From positions 80,260-144,259 of the forward strand of contig JAQUUH010000001.1 of NCBI GenBank assembly GCA_028693955.1: 64,000 bases of DNA. The letters run 5' to 3'. Positions 58,493 through 64,000 of this stretch are shown piece after piece. How positions within the stretch are numbered: position 1 is the first letter of the stretch; each line of letters starts with the position of its first letter. The stretch comes from Bacilli bacterium (GTDB taxonomy: Bacteria > Bacillota_I > Bacilli_A > RFN20 > UBA1709). The notes under the pieces were generated by a model that saw only the letters and a program-made list of their open reading frames with translations, was not told where the DNA came from and made no database searches. A program made the translations under genes and the position numbers.

Positions 58493-59536
58493 TTATTTTA
58501 AAAAGAAAGATATGATATCATCACTAACTTCCTGATAATATTTTGAACCGAATAAATTATGCTCATCTGTAGGATATGAAATAATTTTCTTGCTATCTAG
58601 GGGAAACTTTTCTAAAAGTCTATCAATATTAGAATTCATTAACTCCTTATCATTTCTTCCCTCAATAATTAATACCTTAGCATAGATAGAAGAAGTATAT
58701 TTATCACAATATGCCAAAAGCTTTAACATATTATAAACTGAATCATATGTTAAATTAACAAAATCAGGAGGAAGAATTCTTTTTATTTGTCTGAAAACTG
58801 AATTAACAAATTTATTCTCTTTTTGCTGTTTTTCTTCATTATATTTATCAATTTCTGTAGATGTTTTATCATTTGTTGCAAATATAACATCCTCATCTGT
58901 AAAATCAAATTCCTCATATTTTGCCCTTGTAATCTTATTAACTACTTTAGCAGTAAAAGAATCTATTGTTTGAATCTCATCTTCAAACAAGGTATATATA
59001 GGAAGAAGCAAAATATTAACAGGTCTCATCAATGGGCCAATTCTAACTCTAAATAATTGTCCTAATTTTTGCTTTGGATGTTTCAAGAATTCTCCAATAT
59101 ATTTTAATGACTTTATTGAGTTAAGAGGATCATTTTTGCCTCTTGATATTATTGTGCTTCTTACCATTCTTGCAACACTTGTTGTAGCATCATCAAAAGT
59201 TGCGTAGTTAAAAACTGGTGATAAAAGAATTAATTTATCTGCTTTAAACTTATCTGCAAAATAGCAAGCCGGAACAGAACCTATAGAAAACCCAACTATA
59301 ATTAGATTTTTTACCCTTTCTCTCATTTTTTGAATATTTTCATTATTAAATTTTAACCATTCATTATAAGGTAAATAATCTTTTAATGATATATCATTAG
59401 GATCACCTGGAAGGGAAATAATCATTAATTCCTGATGATGTTTTAGATAAGGCATTATTGTTTCAAAATCACTATTATTACTAGTAAATCCATTAATTAA
59501 TACTATACCTGTACTTTTAGGGATTTTATTATTCAT
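58493..59536 (-). CDS. alpha/beta-fold hydrolase (esterase/lipase-like)
   Basis: Nucleophile elbow GFSIG is present. It is 347 aa. It overlaps the upstream methyltransferase gene by 8 nt and is co-transcribed with it. Confidence 0.5.
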   Translation of the reverse strand: MNNKIPKSTGIVLINGFTSNNSDFETIMPYLKHHQELMIISLPGDPNDISLKDYLPYNEWLKFNNENIQKMRERVKNLIIVGFSIGSVPACYFADKFKADKLILLSPVFNYATFDDATTSVARMVRSTIISRGKNDPLNSIKSLKYIGEFLKHPKQKLGQLFRVRIGPLMRPVNILLLPIYTLFEDEIQTIDSFTAKVVNKITRAKYEEFDFTDEDVIFATNDKTSTEIDKYNEEKQQKENKFVNSVFRQIKRILPPDFVNLTYDSVYNMLKLLAYCDKYTSSIYAKVLIIEGRNDKELMNSNIDRLLEKFPLDSKKIISYPTDEHNLFGSKYYQEVSDDIISFFLK

Positions 59537-60287
59537 TTTTTAATAACTTCCCTTCAAAAATATGATGCATTATTATTGATGCAGCAACTCCAACATTAAG
59601 TGATTCAACCTTCGAATTCATATTAATTTTTAAAATATAATCAGAAATACCAATTATATTTTGGCTTACACCATTTCCTTCTGATCCAACAACAACTACA
59701 AATTTATCTAAAAAAGGTAACTCTTCAATATTAATGCTATCATTATTCAAATCAGCACTAATGATTTTATAACCATCATTTTTTAATTTTATTAAACTTT
59801 CATATAAATCTACTTTTAAAACTGGTAAATTAAAAAATGCTCCCATTGTAGCTCTAATAAATTTTGTATTATATTGATCAAATGAATTTAAAGAAATTAA
59901 CATACCTTTAAATCCAAAAGCTAGTGCAGATCTTAATATTGTTCCTCCATTGCCAGGATCTTGAACATCATCAAGAGCTATATATGAATCTATATTTTGT
60001 AAACTACCTTTAGTATAATTACATACTCCAATTATATTTTTGAAATTGGAAACATTAGATATTTTCTTCATTATTTCATTTGTTACTTGATATTTATTAG
60101 AAAAACTCTCTAATTCTTTTGGTAAAAAATCATTGTAAATTAGCGTATCTAAGCAATTTAATTTAAATGCTTCTATTACTAAATGGTCACCATCTACGAT
60201 ATATTTTTTATTTTTAACTCTTTGGGAAGGCAAATTGAGAGAATTCCAAAATTTAACTTTTTCATTTGTTAGTGAAGTAATCTTCAT
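59529..60287 (-). CDS. SpoU/TrmH-family RNA 2'-O-methyltransferase (YsgA/RlmB-like)
   Basis: SPOUT motifs GSEGNGVS and LNVGVAASIIMH are present. The true start is ATG at 60287 (MKITSLTNEKVK) with an AAGGAGGG RBS. The track ORF is over-extended. A ysgA homologue upstream of pheS matches B. subtilis. Confidence 0.75.
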   Translation of the reverse strand: MKITSLTNEKVKFWNSLNLPSQRVKNKKYIVDGDHLVIEAFKLNCLDTLIYNDFLPKELESFSNKYQVTNEIMKKISNVSNFKNIIGVCNYTKGSLQNIDSYIALDDVQDPGNGGTILRSALAFGFKGMLISLNSFDQYNTKFIRATMGAFFNLPVLKVDLYESLIKLKNDGYKIISADLNNDSINIEELPFLDKFVVVVGSEGNGVSQNIIGISDYILKINMNSKVESLNVGVAASIIMHHIFEGKLLKNE

Positions 60288-60981
60288 AATGAATTCCCTC
60301 CTTTTTAAGCCTTTTTTGTAAAATTTTATAATTAGGTAATATTTTTGCAATCTCTAAATAAAACTCAGGCTTATGATTAAAAACCTTCATGTGTGCTAAT
60401 TCATGTACTATTACATATTCTATTAATTCTTCATCTAAAAATACTAACAAATAATTTAACAATATTTCATTTTTTATTTTGTTGTAATGACCAAATTTTG
60501 ATTTTAATAACTTATATCTCAATCTAGGAAAGTCATCAATATTATACCCAAATTTATCATAATAATAAATTACTTTATTTTTTACAAAATCTTCAAACAT
60601 TCTTTTTGATATATTTAATAAACTATTTTTTAAATTATATCTATCTAAATAAATATTATTCCCATCAAAAAATGATTTATCATCATAGATAATGTAGTAA
60701 TCATTTCCAAGCAAACTAATTAGTGTGCCCTCACTAAGATTTATATTATTAATTCTATTACCATCTTTTTGGATTAATTCAAGAATTTTATCATGCTTTT
60801 CAACAAATAAGCTATTAATTTTCTTAAGACTAGTTCCTTTAGGAGCGGAAACCAAAAAATTACCGCTCTTATAGCGAATATATATTCTTTTTATTCTTTT
60901 ATAAGTTACAAAACAATTGTATTCAATCTTATCAATATAAATTTTAAAATTAAACATTAAATCACCAAAAATATTATACAA
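60262..60981 (-). CDS. DUF45/YgjP-like HExxH metal-dependent hydrolase
   Basis: The C-terminal motif YVIVHELAHMKVFNHKPEFYLE matches the M48-like WLM/DUF45 zinc-hydrolase signature. It is 239 aa. Its 3' end overlaps the methyltransferase start by 26 nt. Confidence 0.55.
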   Translation of the reverse strand: MYNIFGDLMFNFKIYIDKIEYNCFVTYKRIKRIYIRYKSGNFLVSAPKGTSLKKINSLFVEKHDKILELIQKDGNRINNINLSEGTLISLLGNDYYIIYDDKSFFDGNNIYLDRYNLKNSLLNISKRMFEDFVKNKVIYYYDKFGYNIDDFPRLRYKLLKSKFGHYNKIKNEILLNYLLVFLDEELIEYVIVHELAHMKVFNHKPEFYLEIAKILPNYKILQKRLKKEGIHYEDYFTNK

Positions 60982-61029
60982 TATATTGATAATATTATAA
61001 AACTTTAGATTTTATTATTTTTTATAATT

Positions 61030-61680
61030 CTATTTTTTGTCCATTAGTTCTAATAAGTCGCGTTTTCTTCCTGCAATTAATAAGTGCTCATCCACATTAA
61101 AAATATGATTAGCACTAGTAACTGGTATAACATCATTTTTAACTTTGCGCCCAATAACATTTATATTATGACGTGAACGAATATCTAATTCTTTCAATGT
61201 TTTCCCAATCCAATTTTCTGGAATCTTTATTTCAAATATCGCATATTCTGGAGTTAATTCAATATAATCAAATGCATTTTTTGCACTATATTTTATTGCC
61301 GTTCTTTGAGCCATATCTCTTTCAGGATAAATAACATCATCTGCTCCAATTTTCAATAAAAACTTGGCATGAATATCTCTATTTGTTTTAGAAATAACCA
61401 TTTGAGCTCCTAACTCTTTTAATAGTGAAGTTATTTCTAGTGAAGATTGAAAATCATCACTGATACAAACAAAGCAAACATCAAAATTGGAAACACCAAG
61501 ACTTTGAAGAACATCTTTTTCCATACAATCTCCAATTTGAGCACGCGTAACTAAAGAAGCTATTTCAGTAACGGAATCTTCATCTTTATCAACAACCATT
61601 ACTTCATTTCCTAATTCCATTAACTTCAAAGCTAAATGTTTACCAAATCGACCAAGACCAATAACCAACATTGATTGCAT
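61030..61680 (-). CDS. ktrA: K+ uptake system regulatory subunit KtrA/TrkA (RCK domain)
   Basis: Rossmann motif VIGLGRFGKHLALKL and a C-terminal RCK_C domain are present. It is 216 aa. Confidence 0.75.
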   Translation of the reverse strand: MQSMLVIGLGRFGKHLALKLMELGNEVMVVDKDEDSVTEIASLVTRAQIGDCMEKDVLQSLGVSNFDVCFVCISDDFQSSLEITSLLKELGAQMVISKTNRDIHAKFLLKIGADDVIYPERDMAQRTAIKYSAKNAFDYIELTPEYAIFEIKIPENWIGKTLKELDIRSRHNINVIGRKVKNDVIPVTSANHIFNVDEHLLIAGRKRDLLELMDKK

Positions 61681-61694
61681 ATTTTTTTCCTCCT

Positions 61695-63029
61695 TTATCC
61701 AATAATAACTTTATCTACTGGATTATGTAATAGCGTTTTTCTTCTACTTTTTGTTACCGCAATGATTAATGTCAAACTACTTATTCTTCCAGAATACATT
61801 AATATAATTATAACTATTTTAGAAACAACGCCAAGACCAGCCGTAATCCCCATTGATAATCCTACTGTACCTAACGCTGAAAAAACTTCAAAAAATACAT
61901 CTTTTAAAGAAAATAATTCTACAGAAGAAATAATTGCCACACCACACATCGCTAAAACAAAATAAAATACTGTACTTGTAAAAGCCCTTCTAACAATTTG
62001 AGGTTCAATTCTTCTTTGGAAAATATCAACATCTTCTTTCCCTTTCATATATGAGATAACCGCAAGAACCATAACGACAAAAGTACTAATCTTAATACCA
62101 CCAGCTGCAGATCCTGGTCCTGCACCTATGAACATTAAAATAATTGTTAACAAAGTTCCAGTATTTGATAGTGTTGAAATATTTACACTATTAAACCCTG
62201 CAGTACGTGAAGTAATGGCTTGAAAGAAAGAAGCTAATATTCTATTTGAAGAGTTCATCCCTATCATCGATGCATTACTTTCTGTTAAAAAGAAAACCAA
62301 TGCAGAACCAATAATTAATATAAATGTAGTTGATAAAATAACTTTTGTATGTAATGCATATTTACGCCATTTTAGTCCATTGCTTATAATATCATTCCAA
62401 ACAATAAATCCAATACCACCAACAACAATTAAGACCATAATCACCCCATTAACTAAAATATCACCTGAAAATGGAGCAAGTGATGAATATGGCCCCAAAA
62501 CGCCCATCAAATCAAAACCAGCATTACAAAAAGCTGATATTGAGTGAAATACTGAATACCATATTCCTTGCCAAAAACCAAAATAAGGACAAAATCGTAT
62601 CGCTAGTAAAATCATACCTCCAAGTTCAAATATTAATGTTCCAATCAATATTCTTCTAACAAGTTTTATTATTCCACCTATTTTCAATGAACTAAAAGAA
62701 TTCGTTAAAAATGTTCTTTCTCTAAGACCTATTCTTTTCTTTAAAGCAAAAGAAAACAAAACTGCAAATGTCATGAAACCCAATCCACCAATTTGAATAA
62801 GTATTAAAATAACTATTTGACCAAAAAGAGTGAATTGACTCCAAGTATCAAAAACAACTAAACCAGTTACGCATGTAGCGGATGTAGATGTAAACAATGC
62901 ATTAAGGAAAGAAATGCTATTACCACTTTTATTAGAAATTGGCAACATTAATAATATTGTTCCAATTAATATGATAAGCGCAAACCCGAAAGCTATTGCT
63001 TGTGCTGCCGACATCCTTCTAGTAGACAT
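61695..63029 (-). CDS. ktrB: K+ transporter membrane subunit KtrB/TrkH
   Basis: It is 444 aa with four M1-P-M2 repeats carrying glycine-containing selectivity-filter-like loops (e.g. IQIGGLGF, GFNSVNIS). Confidence 0.8.
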   Translation of the reverse strand: MSTRRMSAAQAIAFGFALIILIGTILLMLPISNKSGNSISFLNALFTSTSATCVTGLVVFDTWSQFTLFGQIVILILIQIGGLGFMTFAVLFSFALKKRIGLRERTFLTNSFSSLKIGGIIKLVRRILIGTLIFELGGMILLAIRFCPYFGFWQGIWYSVFHSISAFCNAGFDLMGVLGPYSSLAPFSGDILVNGVIMVLIVVGGIGFIVWNDIISNGLKWRKYALHTKVILSTTFILIIGSALVFFLTESNASMIGMNSSNRILASFFQAITSRTAGFNSVNISTLSNTGTLLTIILMFIGAGPGSAAGGIKISTFVVMVLAVISYMKGKEDVDIFQRRIEPQIVRRAFTSTVFYFVLAMCGVAIISSVELFSLKDVFFEVFSALGTVGLSMGITAGLGVVSKIVIIILMYSGRISSLTLIIAVTKSRRKTLLHNPVDKVIIG

Positions 63030-63478
63030 TAATATTCAACCAGCCTTTCAATATCACAAAAAAATTATTTATACTTCTATAATCTTTCATAAATGAATGT
63101 GAATTTATTAGATTTTAATAGGATTTGATATTCTTATTTTGAATAAAATATTATTTATTAAAAATTTGCTTTCTTTTTCTAATTACTAATATATGTTTTT
63201 TTAGTTACTATTGAAATTAAAATTTTGTCGATATTTATAATTACATAATAGTTAAACATTAAAACACTAGAAATAATGAAACCAATAATAAATAATTGTA
63301 TTTATCTCCTATTACAATGTATATAATAGAACAAAAAGTGCTAAAAATGAACTCTTTTTTTGAAAAGACTTAAATAAAAGGGTAATAAATTAGGATTATT
63401 GATAAGAAAAATAGTTCAAAATACTAGATTTAAACTCAATTTTATGTAAGATTTCTAATTTATTAATAAATTATTAAA

Positions 63479-64000
63479 CTATTCCCACTCTATTGTTGAA
63501 GGCGGTTTTGAAGTAATATCAAAAACAACTCTATTTACTTCCTTAATTTCATTTACTATTCTTCTACTTATAATATCTAGAACATCATAAGGAATTCTTG
63601 CCCAATCAGCGGTCATTCCATCTAATGAAGTTACTGCTCGTATTGCAAGAACATAAGAGTATGTTCTTTGATCTCCCATAACTCCTACACTTTTCATATT
63701 TGATAACACTGTAAAATATTGCCAAACATCATTTTCAAGATGGGCATTAATTATTTCTTGTCTAAGTATATAATCAGAGTCTTGAACTATTTTTATTTTT
63801 TCTTTTGTAATGTCACCAATAATTCTTATTGCAAGCCCAGGTCCAGGAAATGGTTGACGCCAAACAATTTCCTTTGGAATACCAAGTTCAGTACCAACTT
63901 TTCTAACTTCATCTTTAAAAAGAGTCTTTAGAGGCTCAATTAGCTTGAAATTAAGGTCTTTTGGTAGTCCCCCTACATTATGATGAGATTTTATTGTTTG
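63479..64000 (-). CDS. guaA: GMP synthase, C-terminal part (N-terminus lies outside the window)
   Basis: Continuous reverse-frame translation gives ...[58 protein letters not shown]...[19 protein letters not shown]...[17 protein letters not shown], the conserved GuaA dimerisation/C-terminal domain. Confidence 0.85.
   Translation of the reverse strand, partial: QTIKSHHNVGGLPKDLNFKLIEPLKTLFKDEVRKVGTELGIPKEIVWRQPFPGPGLAIRIIGDITKEKIKIVQDSDYILRQEIINAHLENDVWQYFTVLSNMKSVGVMGDQRTYSYVLAIRAVTSLDGMTADWARIPYDVLDIISRRIVNEIKEVNRVVFDITSKPPSTIEWE

Noticed and set aside
63030-63478. c-di-AMP (ydaO-type) riboswitch upstream of ktrAB
   Set aside because: I expected one from Firmicutes precedent. The tract is more than 85% A+T and has none of the conserved GC-rich paired elements, so I do not call a riboswitch.
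63719-63931. 70-aa plus-strand ORF near the window end
   Set aside because: It is antisense to the guaA C-terminal domain, which translates continuously on the minus strand with conserved GMP-synthase motifs.
1-64000. CRISPR arrays, IS elements, integrases or phage genes
   Set aside because: I found no regularly spaced direct repeats, no transposase, integrase or recombinase-like ORFs and no terminal inverted repeats. The only repeated elements are short promoter/terminator motifs and the two 15-nt copies in the rplU leader.

Overview
This is a 64 kb AT-rich window (roughly 28-30% GC by eye) that uses the standard genetic code: TGA terminates long ORFs, so it is not a UGA=Trp Mycoplasma. It is almost entirely housekeeping genes, and about 95% of the coding sequence lies on the minus strand.

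Minus-strand core genes, in window order: aspS (partial), hisS, relA, apt, secDF, ruvB, ruvA, nadE, two ABC exporter half-transporters, obg, rpmA, prp, rplU, radC, valS, engB, lon, tig, a tRNA-Arg(TCT), a P-type ATPase, uvrC, mutS2, then rnhC (plus strand), a membrane protein, a dCMP deaminase, rluD, lspA, ileS, sepF, ftsZ, ftsA, ftsQ-like, ftsL-like, rsmH, mraZ, rpmF, yceD, then the plus-strand tmcAL/jetABC/lipoprotein block, an acyltransferase, pheT, pheS, an alpha/beta hydrolase, a TrmH-family methyltransferase, a DUF45 hydrolase, ktrA, ktrB and guaA (partial).

Four aminoacyl-tRNA synthetase genes or operons (hisS, valS, ileS, pheST) are each preceded by a T-box leader with a recognisable antiterminator core (GGTGGTACCRCG) and terminator hairpin. 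I also found several Rho-independent terminators, a sigma-A-type promoter with direct GTGGG repeats (a candidate MraZ operator) upstream of mraZ, and a candidate L21 leader upstream of rplU. rpmF (L32) lies at 45061-45228 on the minus strand and is absent from the ORF track because it is under 60 aa.

The division cluster (mraZ-rsmH-ftsL | ftsQ-ftsA-ftsZ-sepF) contains no peptidoglycan-synthesis genes. This suggests a wall-less, Acholeplasma-like or Mollicutes-like lineage that uses the standard code.

The one clearly accessory block is on the plus strand at 47104-53500, between the conserved tmcAL-yceD-rpmF neighbourhood and pheST. It is a tightly packed operon with its own extended -10 promoter. 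It encodes a JetA/MksF-like protein (469 aa), a JetB/MksE-like protein (210 aa) and a JetC/MksB-like SMC-family ATPase (1109 aa, with a MukB-type N-terminal Walker A and a C-terminal SGGE signature plus Walker B). No JetD/MksG Toprim nuclease is present. The fourth position is taken by a co-transcribed lipoprotein gene with no obvious relatives, and the operon ends in a perfect bidirectional terminator palindrome. This Wadjet/Mks-like cassette with a non-canonical fourth gene is the most interesting candidate in the window.

The other oddities are a HisRS with a roughly 50-aa C-terminal Cys/His-rich tail and an acyltransferase with a C-terminal zinc ribbon translationally coupled to pheT.
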